Assembly: GCA_002269645.1 (NCBI GenBank)
Contig: NIVC01003065.1
Span: forward strand, 1 to 64,000
Source: Macrostomum lignano
Taxonomy: Eukaryota
DNA: 64,000 nt
Direction of reading: 5' to 3'
Part shown: piece by piece, positions 13,996-24,388 of the stretch
How positions within the stretch are numbered: the first letter of the stretch is position 1
Layout of the letters: every line of letters begins with the position of its first letter
Notes under the pieces: generated by a model
Databases searched by the model: none
What the model saw: the letters and a program-made list of their open reading frames with translations, nothing else
Told to the model about the DNA's origin: nothing
Translations under genes and position numbers: made by a program

Positions 13996-15505
13996 TATTA
14001 ATATTGGCAGTGCTTATTTGCTACTATTTAGCCGGCACCAGTCAAATAAGCATGTCACTATTTCGCTAGTAGCCCTGCCCCTCTGCTAGTCAAATAAGCG
14101 TGTCACTATTTAGCCGGCAGTCCTGCACTACTGCCAGTCATATAAGCTTGTCACCATTTAGCCGGCAGTCCTGTCTCACTATTAGTCAAATAAGCCTATC
14201 ATTATTTAGCTGGTAGTCCTACCTTACTGCTAGTCAAATAACCTCATCACTATTTAGCTAGCAATCCTAACCCCCAATAACCACACTGGTCAAAATACAT
14301 TTATACATTTTATAGCTGCACTGCTTGTTATGAGCTTAAATTATATTAATTTAATGTACTATAAGCTAGCTACATTATACATAGTATAAATTTGAAGTTT
14401 TTCAATAAAGGTGTTTGCAGTGGTTTTTTGGCTTTAATGAGTGGTTTTAATTCAGAGACTGAGGTGAAAGTAAAAAAACATGCATAATTAATTTTTCATT
14501 TGTTTATATGTCATGTCTTCTGCTACTATAAATAATTTCTGGAATATGCAAGACTTCTAGAAATAATTAAACAAACTTGAAGGCAAGTAATAAAATTATA
14601 TAGAATCTGCATGAAATAGCATTTGATTTTTATTTGCTATAACTTTCTAGTAATCCTTGACATACACATATAGCTACTAGCCTTTAGTCATGTAGCCTAG
14701 CCTAGGCAAGCAGAGCAAACTATAGCGCATAAACTCATTAAAGGCCTAGGCCTATGACTTTTATATGTATCATATATAATACATAGGCCTAGTGCAATGG
14801 ATAGATGTGGGAAGGCACAGAATTGGATACATGTAGATGTAGGAGGCGGAACTATAAATGTGAAGATCAGAGATGGACACCCACCTAGTTGTAGGCCCAG
14901 GCCATACTATACATGTATCTATGACTCTGTCTATAGCATACAAGAAAGCAAGCCGGCAAGGGTCACTTGGATGTATATATATGGGATATAACTTTATAAT
15001 TTGACCAGCAAGGGGAGGACTGCCAGCTAAATAGTGACAGGTTTATTTGACTGGCATGGCTGTGACCATTGGGGGCCAGGATTGCTAGCTAAATAGTGAT
15101 AAGGTTATTTGACCAGCAGTGGGGCAGGATAGGACAGCTAAACATACATGCGCAACCTCCAAATTTTGGTCGGCCATGCGACTTAGTTTTAACAAAAATG
15201 CGACGTAGTTTTTGGCCAAAAATGCGACTTACATGTAAAAAACCCGAAAGAAAAATTAACGCAACTTTGGGTAAACGGCAGGAGTAACTATGACTGTCTT
15301 ATAAAGCCAAAATGCCTCGTCAGCTACTTAGTACTACTACTCCGTGTTTTTTCGGGTTGGCATTTTTGCGACTTCCTTGGTTGGCCGCCAAATCGGTCGG
15401 CCGGATCGGCCGACTCGGCCGACTGTTGCGCATGTATGCAGCTAAATAGTGATGCGCTTATTTGACTGGTACCGGCTAAATAAGCACTGCCATTAATATT
15501 ATATA
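13996..15505. mobile_element. Foldback-like non-autonomous DNA element with ~40-bp subterminal repeats in inverted orientation at the two ends
   Basis: The left end TATTAATATTGGCAGTGCTTATTT..AGCCGGCACCAGTCAAATAAGC mirrors the right end GCTTATTTGACTGGTACCGGCTAAATAAGCACTGCCATTAATA. AGTCAAATAAGC..CACTATTTAGC units occur at 14030-14270 and inverted at 15000-15140 and 15440-15490. No TSD resolved. Confidence 0.7.
15143..15438. mobile_element. 296-bp MITE with 14-bp perfect TIR (CATACATGCGCAAC) and 8-bp TSD (CAGCTAAA); hAT- or P-like
   Basis: TIRs at 15143-15156 and 15425-15438; CAGCTAAA at 15135-15142 and 15439-15446. Confidence 0.9.
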
Positions 15506-15936
15506 ATAAAGATATCTAGACAAAAATCAACCAAGAAATCTAAAAAAAGCATTTTAATGAGAAGGCTTAGATAGATATGTTTGTTTATCTTATGACTTAT
15601 GGGTAGCAGTGTAGGCCTAGTCCTAGGCTCTCTACATATGGAGTCTTATGGCATTATGGCAATGACTAGGCCTAATTATTTATGAATTATATGAACAATT
15701 ATAAAACAAGCATTAAAGTAAACTTAAACTCAAAAAAACTTAAAAGTAATAAAGTCAAGACTAGACTAGATTCCTGACACGTTTCTTAAAAAAGTAAAAT
15801 TATAAAAAATCTTTTTCTCTGAGGTAATAGTGATAGTAGATAGAGTTGTATGCCTGGGTTACATTAACAATAACAACCTTGACTTCCATATACTAAAAAT
15901 GAAATTGTATACACACTAAATTGATACGATACGTTA

Positions 15937-16634
15937 CAAGGACGACTTAAGTAGAAGGACGGGAAACCTCGTTTCTTAGAAATTTTTTGAAGGCACTTTT
16001 TCCCGAAAAAATACACTGCGGAGATAGGAAATTTTCATTTTTTCAGCACAAAAATTGCTATAACTTTTGATAGGAGGCAGATCCAGTGTTGATCTTTTGA
16101 TATGTTGTGCCTTTTTTATTGCTCTATCGATATTTATAAAGCTTTCCGTTCAGAAAATTAGGATTCTATGTTAATTTTTTATTCTACGTATATTTCCTGT
16201 ATCTAAAAATCACAAAAATGCATGACACAGCTCTAATATTTGGTTTTATGAATCTATTTTATCATCTATGTTACGACTATTTGCTATACAGTCAGGTAAG
16301 AAGGATAAAATAGACTCATAAAATCAAAGAGCCAAGCCGTGGCATTCTAATGTATTTCAAGCACAAGACACATGAAAATATACGTAGAATAAAAAATTAA
16401 CATAGAATCCTAATTTTCTGAACGGAAAGCTTTATAAATATCGATAGAGCAATAAAAAAGGCACAACATATCAAAAGATCAACACTGGATCTGCCTCCTA
16501 TCAAAAGTTATAGCAATTTTTGTGCTGAAAAAATGAAAATTTCCTATCTCCGCAGTGTATTTTTTCGAAAAAAAGTGCCTTCAAAAACTTTCTAAGAAAC
16601 GAGGTTTCCCGTCCTTCTACTTAAGTCGTCCTTG
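15937..16634. mobile_element. 698-bp MITE with ~260-bp near-perfect TIRs, flanked by TA (Tc1/mariner-type TSD)
   Basis: TA|CAAGGACGACTTAAGTAG ... CTACTTAAGTCGTCCTTG|TA. Arms at ~15937-16195 and ~16376-16634 with a ~180-bp spacer. Confidence 0.9.
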
Positions 16635-17116
16635 TACGTTATATGCAAAAATATTCAACGTGTTGTAATTTTGTATAAAAGTTTTAAAACTCATTGATTT
16701 GTTTTCTTGACTATTTATTTGCAAAATAAAAAACAAGTTTAAATTAAAAATAGAACTTCCTACATAGGAATCGCAATCTAACGTATACTTTGTTAAAACT
16801 GTAAGACGTAAAAACTCCGCAGCATAGGTTGTTGAAAACAATTCAATTCAATTCAATTCAATATAACTGCTCAATACTGACCCTTTCAGAAAGATTGCCT
16901 TTTCACGGCATTTTAGATTTTCGAGAATATGATATCTAGGGTTTTTGATATTTAGGGTTTATGATGATGAAGCCTGCATATGTTCAAGGTGGGATTAGTC
17001 CAAGGACCTTGGGTTGGGATACAAGGATTTTTTGATGGGGCGAATTGCTAAGCTCTAATTCTACATTACTACTAAAATTCCAACATTATTCTAGGAATCA
17101 GTGATTTTCCTTGTAG

Positions 17117-17165
17117 CACTCATTTTGGCACCGCATTCAGGCACTCATTTTTGGCACCTAATTAG
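17117..17165. repeat. Two copies of a 25-bp dispersed/tandem repeat (GCACTCATTTTGGCACCGCATTCAG)
   Basis: The same unit occurs in reverse orientation as about 4 copies at 35266-35375. Confidence 0.7.
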
Positions 17166-18115
17166 GCGTTAATTGGCGCCCTGAAAAAATGCATTATTTC
17201 CATAAAGGGTTGATCACAATTGGGGGCAGAGCATTTGGCTTGTCGGACCCGGTCATAGCTTTTACTGGGGGCCGATACATGGATATCCTCTGTCCCCTCG
17301 ATGGCGCGCACATGAATATGGTATATAATTTCCATATAGCCTCGCGGCTGTCGAATTGAAATGTACTTTGATATTAATATCGAAATTGATATGCTATGCA
17401 ATCGACATCGCTGACAATATGTACATGTATAATTTTACATTACAGCGATGGATAACGACGTCATACATGTACGTGTATACGTCGTCTGAACGTCTGTGCA
17501 ATAGAAAAGTAAGTACATATTTCTCAGCGACGTCGTTAGATGTCGGAAACACGTCGGTTGCCATTGAATGGATGGACGGGTAACTGAAAAAAATCACCTA
17601 TAGCTATGCACGTGTACATGTACGACTCATTTTCCCTATAAAGCATACATGTAACTATTAATATTAAATATTGTAGCAGATGAACCTAATTCGAACAAAA
17701 CAAACAGAATTTTATTTTCTGCCAAGAATTTAATAAAATTTGCGACAACGGTAGACATCAAAATTTGAAGGATCTTATATATGTACTTCGAAAAATCAGA
17801 AGTACTTATACAATGCTTATCTAAAAGTTACAATATCTAGAGTTTAGAATTTACGAAGATTAACATTGTAAACAAATAAATGGCTGATAACGGTTTTAAT
17901 TGCAGCAATTATAGACAAACAACAGAAATTTTAACAGCAACGGGATTGTAAATTTTAATAAAATAGCAGTGTGCATTTACAATACATATTTTTGCCTCAT
18001 TAAATATATAAGCAACTAACAATAGATTTAAAAAAAACCAAAACAAAACGAAGTCAAGAAGAAATGTGTTCATAAAAAAGATGCTAGCTATCTAGCAAGC
18101 AAACGCCATCGGATG

Positions 18116-21100
18116 TCAATCCTCACGCTCAGCAATATCCTGCAGGAACAGCGCCAGAGGTTGCACGGTGGTATCAAAGAAGAACTTGTGCTTCAAAGCT
18201 GCCGAAGCTGTGGAGCGTTTTGTCGGATCCAAGCGCAGCATGGCCTAAAAATTTCAATCAAATTCCACAAAATGATTTTGCATGCATATACACTGTAAAT
18301 CTATTGTAGACTATAATACATATATAGGGTGGCCAAAAATGCTCACCCAATACGTATAATTAGGCAATTGAGTGCACTGGAAGATTTGGATCTGCGGCAA
18401 TCGGACTGCTGACTCTAACTTTAGTGGCGCACGAAGGAGGCCAGGGGGGGCGTGAGGCACTGTGAGATAGGGCCCAGGAGCGCTCACCAAGAGACAGGGG
18501 CGCCCACTTAGGAGACAGGGGCGCTCACCAAGAGACAGGGGCGCCCACTTAGGAGACAGGGGCGCTCACCAAGAGACAGGGGCGCCCACTTAGGAGACAG
18601 GGGCCCCAACCAAGAGACAGGGGGGCCCACTTAGGAGACAGGGGCCCCAACCAAGAGACAGAGGGGCCCACTTAGGAGACAGGGGCCCCAACCAAGAGAC
18701 AGGGGGGGCCCACTTGGGAGACAGGGGCCCCAACCAAGAGACAGGGGCGCCCACTTAGGAGACAGGGGCGCCCACTCAGGAGACAGGGGCGCCAACCAAG
18801 AGACAGGGGCGCCCACCAAGAGACAGGGGCGCCCACCAAGAGACAGGGGCGCCCACCAAGAGACAGGGGCGCCCACCAAGAGACAGGGGCACCCACCAAG
18901 AGACAGGGGCGCCCACCAAGAGACAGGGGCACCCACCAAGAGACAGGGGCGCCCACCAAGAGACAGGGGCACCCACCAAGAGACAGGGGCGCCCACTCAG
19001 GAGACAGGGGCACCCACTAAGAGACAGGGGCGCCCACCAAGAGACAGGGGCGCCCACTCAGGAGACAGGGGCGCCCACCAAGAGACAGGGGCACTCACCA
19101 AGAGACAGGGGCGCCCACCAAGAGACAGGGGCACCCACCAAGAGACAGGGGCGCCCACTCAGGAGACAGGGGCACCCACCAAGAGACAGGGGCGCCCACC
19201 AAGAGACAGGGGCGCCCACCAAGAGACAGGGGCACCCACCAAGAGACAGGGGCGCCCACCAAGAGACAGGGGCGCCCACCAAGAGACAGGAGCGCCCACC
19301 AAGAGACAGGGGCACCCACCAAGAGACAGGGGCGCCCACCAAGAGACAGGGGCGCCCATCAAGAGACAGGGGCGCCCACTTAGGAGACAGGGGCGCCCAT
19401 CAAGAGACAGGGCGCCCACTTAGGAGACAGGGGCGCCCACCAAGAGACAGGAGCGCCCACCAAGAGACAGGGGCACCCACCAAGAGACAGGGGCGCCCAC
19501 TCAGGAGACAGGGACGCCCATCAAGCAGCCATATATTGGCGCCCTTTAGGGTTGTGGCCCCTCAAATTAAAAATCCTCCCTACGCCACTGCCTATCATTT
19601 AACCTGATGCTATACTTAGCTCGTTCCTTGACAAAGCACCATACTAAATTTAAAAAATCTATATCAGCTCACCCTAATAAGCTTCTCAGCGCAGATTGGC
19701 AAATTAAAATCGTGGAAACCGTGCGGATAAAAACGCGGAAATTCCCGATTGTAGTCAGGTAGCTGCTCCACCCCTAGCCAGTTAGAGTTGTCAGGTGTGC
19801 CTTAAAATAGAAACAAATATTCAGGCGATTCAGAATACTGTAGTTAATTCTCCTATATATAATTTGAATACTGGTTGAATCATAACCTTTTTCAAATTTT
19901 AATAAGAATAATAACTTACCCATACGCTCAAAGATAAGGAATAGTTGATGAATTTCGCTGTCACCATAAAATAGATGATAGCCAGTGATCTGTTTATTGA
20001 AGGCGAAATTAATTAATTAATCAAATATTGACTCCGTAAAATAAAATAAAAACTACATAAAAGCATCCATTGACAAATTATTTACAATACAGTTAAGAAA
20101 ATGCACAGCCAAAATCTGACAAATCCGAACCAGACCAGACCAGACCAGACCAAACCAGAACAGAAAAGACCAGACCAAACCAGACCAGAACAGACCAGAC
20201 CAGACCAGACCAGACCAGACCAGACCAGAACAGACCAGACCAGAACAGACCAGACCAGAACAGACCAGACCAGACCAGACCAGAACAGAACAGACCAGAC
20301 CAGACCAGAACAGACCAGACCAGACCAGAACAGACCAGACCAGACCAGACCAGAACAGAACAGACCAGAACAGACCAGACCAGAACAGACCAGACCAGAC
20401 CAGACCAGACCAGACCAGACCAGACCAGACCAGACCAGACCAGAACAGACCAGACCAGAACAGACCAGACCAGACCAGACCAGACCAGACCAGGCCAGAC
20501 CAGACCAGACCAGACCAGACCAGGCCAGACCAGACCAGACTAGACCACACCAGAGCAGACCAGCTTAAAAACCACAGTTAATGTCAATACCAAGCAGCCA
20601 ACAACCATGCTCACCATCTCAGCAATAACGCAGCCAACAGACCAGACGTCCACAGCTTCCGTATAATCTGGCGTCCCCAGCAACAACTCCGGCGCTCGAT
20701 AAGGCAGAGTCACAACCGACAAATTCAAAGTTCGACGCCTGTGCGACAGACTTCGGGCCATGCCGAAATCCGCCAGTTTAACAACGCCGCGATTCGATAA
20801 TAGAATATTGGCTGGCTTAATGTCCCTGTGTACGATGCTCATGCTGTGACAATGCCTCACGGCCTCGAGTAGTTGCATTGCGATACTCTGCAAATTACAG
20901 TATAGTGAATGCTTAAATAGATGCATTAGACCAGTGGGCTGCTGGTTCTAACGCTAGTTAGAAACCTGAAAGTTAAGCACACTTGGCTGCGGTTAGTACA
21001 CAGCTGAATCACTCTGCGTCACCGACCTCTGAGGCTCTGAATCTGAGTGGATGTCATTTATTTGACTGGGTGCCATTTCATCTGACTAGGGTGCCATTTC

Positions 21101-23416
21101 ATCTGAGTGGATGCCATTTCATCTGAGTGAATGCCATTTCATCTGAGTGGGTGCCATTTCATCTGAGTGGGTGCCATTTCATCTGAGTGGGTGCCATTTC
21201 ATCTGAGTGGGTGCCATTTCATCTGAGTGGGTGCCATTTCATCTGAGTGAATGCCTTTTCATCTGAGTGGGTGCCATTTCATCTGAGTGAATGCCATTTC
21301 ATCTGAGTGGGTGCCATTTCATCTAAGTGAATGCCATTTCATCTGAGTGAATGCCATTTCATTTGATCTGAGTGGATGCCATTTCATCTGAGTGAGTGCC
21401 ATTTAATCTGAGTGAATGCCATTTCATCTGAGTGGGTGCCATTTCATCTGAGTGGGTGCCATTTCATCTGAGTGGGTGCCATTTCATCTGAGTGAATGCC
21501 ATTTCATCTGAGTGGGTGCCATTTCATCTGAGTGAATGCCATTTCATCTGAGTGAATGCCATTTCATCTGATCTGAGTGGATGCCATTTCATCTGAGTGA
21601 ATGCCATTTCATCTGAGTAAATGCCATTTCATCTGAGTGAATGCCATTTCATCTGAGTGGGTGCCATTTCATCTAAGTGGGTGCCATTTCATCTAAGTGA
21701 ATGCCATTTCATCTGAGTGAATGCCATTTCATCTGACTAGGATGCCATTTCATCTGACTAGGGTGCCATTTCATCTGAGTGGGTGCCATTTCATCTGAGT
21801 GGGTACCATTTCATCTGAGTGAATGCCATTTCATCTGAGTGGGTACCATTTCATCTGGGTGGGTGCCATTTCATCTAAGTGGGTGCCATTTCATCTGAGT
21901 GGGTGCCATTTCATCTGAGTGGGTGCCATTTCATCTAAGTGGGTGCCATTTCATCTGAGTGGGTGCCATTTCATCTAAGTGGGTGCCATTTCATCTGAGT
22001 GGGTGCCATTTCATCTGAGTGGGTGCCATTTCATCTGAGTGGGTGCCATTTCATCTAAGTGGGTGCCATTTCATCTAAGTGGGTGCCATTTCATCTGAGT
22101 GGGTGCCATTTCATCTGAGTGGGTACCATTTCATCTGAGTGAATGCCATTTCATCTGAGTGGGTACCATTTCATCTGAGTGGGTGCCATTTCATCTAAGT
22201 GGGTGCCATTTCATCTAAGTGGGTGCCATTTCATCTGAGTGGGTGCCATTTCATCTGAGTGGGTGCCATTTCATCTAAGTGGGTGCCATTTCATCTGAGT
22301 GGGTGCCATTTCATCTAAGTGGGTGCCATTTTATCTGAGTGGGTGCCATTTCATCTGAGTGGGTGCCATTTCATCTGAGTGGGTGCCATTTCATCTGAGT
22401 GGGTGCCATTTCATCTAAGTGGGTGCCATTTCATCTGAGTGGGTGCCATTTCATCTGAGTGGGTGCCATTTCATCTGAGTGGGTGCCATTTCATCTGACT
22501 GGGGTGCCATTTCATCTGACCGGGGTGCCATTTCATCTGACTGGGGTGCCATTTACTCTAAGTGGGTGCCATTTATCCCTGGCTACTGATCTTGCCCATG
22601 CCATGCTTTGCCCCTAATTTCACACACCTGGTAAAGCTCGGGCGGCAATCCATAACCGTCAGGGATAGCTTCAAATTTAGGTGGCAACTCGCCAGTTGGC
22701 ATCCGGGCAGCGTGTTGAAATTGCCTCTGGTGTCCCTGCTTCTTTTCAAAGTGTTTCCTTCGCTCCGAGAAGTGATAAATTAGGCGGAACAGGTCCCAGT
22801 CCATGTAGTCCAGCACCATGTAGCAATCGGGTCCAATTTCCAGCACGTCGCGAAGACTGTTAAAATATTTCAATAGCCATTACAATCTCCTTTTAACAAA
22901 ATCATGGAACTGTTGCATCAAGCTACTCATGAGAGTAGCCTGTTGTGCGTGCCTTCATTATTTCTCCACAGATAAGAATTTTAATCCATCAAGGTAATGC
23001 CTCTGGTCCAGTCTAGAAACAGAACAAGAAAGTCGTTACTTACTTAACAATGTTGCTATGGTTGGTTCGTTTCAACTCGATCAGGATGCTAATCTCCTTT
23101 AGTGCTGGCAGAGGCGCGCCATTGAAATCGTTGTCGAACCTGATTGGGATTGGAGAAGAATATTGAAATTTTTACATGTACATATTTTTTATTCAATAGG
23201 AAAATTTATGAATTTTTTGTAAATTTAGGTTGTAGCTAAAATAATTGAAATCAAAACTATGCTGACTTACCTCTCAGCTTTAAATTTCTTCAAAGCAACA
23301 GGCCGATTGTGGAGATTGTCCCAAGTCTTGTAGACTACACCATATGTGCCTGAGCCAATAATTTCCATGATAGAGTATTGGCCACAACTGGCCGCCAGGA
23401 TTGGTATTAAGTCTTC
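18116..23416 (-). CDS. Divergent cyclin-dependent kinase, about 356 aa, 7 exons: 23416-23271, 23139-23044, 22856-22628, 20887-20615, 19989-19920, 19800-19673, 18244-18116; start codon not found
   Basis: Motifs: GSGTYGVVY, VALKK, PSTAIRE-equivalent GAPLPALKEISIL, HSNIVNLRDV, HRDIKPANIL, DFG, VVTLPYRAPELLLG, DVWSVGC, GDSEIHQL, GTPD..W.GVEQLPDY, LDPTKRSTASAALKHKFF. All introns are GT-AG and the phases join in frame. Confidence 0.92.
18422..19590. mobile_element. Possible hAT-type non-autonomous element enclosing the 20-bp minisatellite
   Basis: Imperfect TIR TAGTGGCGCACGAAGGAGG / CCTCCCTACGCCACTG. The 8-bp flanks match at only 5 of 8 positions (TCTAACTT vs CCTATCAT). Confidence 0.45.
18481..19525. 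repeat. 20/21-bp GC-rich minisatellite (CCACCAAGAGACAGGGGCGC), about 50 copies, in the last CDK intron
   Basis: Read directly; the ORFs over it have a 20-aa period (WWAPLSLGGRPCLLVGAPVS). Confidence 0.96.
20129..20563. repeat. (ACCAG)n / (AACAG)n pentanucleotide microsatellite
   Basis: Read directly; gives the QTRPD and WSGLV repeat ORFs. Confidence 0.97.
20955..21000 (+). pseudogene. 5S rRNA-like fragment (internal control region), possibly a SINE3-type remnant
   Basis: GAAAGTTAAGCACACTTGGCTGCGGTTAGTAC resembles the 5S segment GAAGTTAAGCA...GGC..CGGTTAGTAC. Box C is absent. Confidence 0.35.
21040..22575. repeat. 20-bp minisatellite (GTGGGTGCCATTTCATCTGA), about 75 copies, in a CDK intron
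   Basis: Read directly, with GTGAAT, CTAA and GGTACC variants. Confidence 0.97.
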
Positions 23417-24364
23417 CTGCAAACGAATTTAAAACACAAATGAAGTTTGTTGATATTGGCAACTTATTGAGTCAATTATTATTTTGTACTAAAGCATATA
23501 AAAGTTAGCTTCAAGCTTAGATTTTATAAAAATAAAGGCGATTTTAGCCATATTGATAGTGGTATAAGAAATTAAGAATTAGTTCAACTTATAAAAGATA
23601 TATGTATACATATAGTTTGAGATAGATAGGAAAGACCTTAATTAAGCTAAAGAAAATCATTTTTAAATTTTTTTATATAGTTACCCCATTATAACTTTAT
23701 ATCTTTAAAAAGCTATCAAAATCTTTAGAAAAATGTTAGAAATACTTTCTTGAGAGCAAATACTACATGCATAATGAATTTTGATCTAATACTATAGTAA
23801 AGTACTTTATGGGTTTTACGGAATTGCTATAATCAATAACAATAAAATACATAATAAAATGTAAAATTTATACTGATTTTCGACAGCCTATAATATTATT
23901 TGTTATTAATTTTCATATCTAAATCAAGCTGCAAGCAAATAGAACTTTAACGTTAGGACCTGAACATTATCTTAAATCTTACAAATAATATTTTAATTAT
24001 TAATTAATATTACATTGCCCACCAATAATACTTTAATATTTTTTCCCTAATTAATTAATTGCACTTATTTTATCAATATTATGCCTATGCATATTTGGCT
24101 ATTTGTGGCCACTGGCCATAATAATACAATAAATAGAGTTGCAGTTGCAGATAAGATACTTTTTTATCTATCAAAATTTTCCTAACAAATTACAATGCCT
24201 GGCTAGCTACCTGGCCATTGTATATTTCTCTAAATTACTGAGTACTTGACTTTAAATAAAGACTTAAGTATAGACACGGGCATAGTGGACCAATACAAAC
24301 AAAAAGGCAGAATTAAAACTTTTGGAAAACGTCAAATTCAGTAAGCAACTGCGGTCAAGTGCAA

Positions 24365-24388
24365 GCGCGGAAAATTTGAAATCGCGCC
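24365..24388. promoter_or_regulatory. Candidate E2F/CDE-CHR cell-cycle element upstream of the CDK gene
   Basis: GCGCGG-AAAA-TTTGAA is a CDE, a 4-nt spacer and a CHR. The minus strand reads TTTTCCGCGC (E2F consensus TTTSSCGC). It lies about 950 bp 5' of the first identified exon. Confidence 0.55.

Noticed and set aside
24205-24225. ATGGCCAG|GTAGC (- strand) as the CDK start exon
   Set aside because: Splicing to 23416 puts the ATG out of frame and gives an immediate stop. At most it is a non-coding 5' exon.
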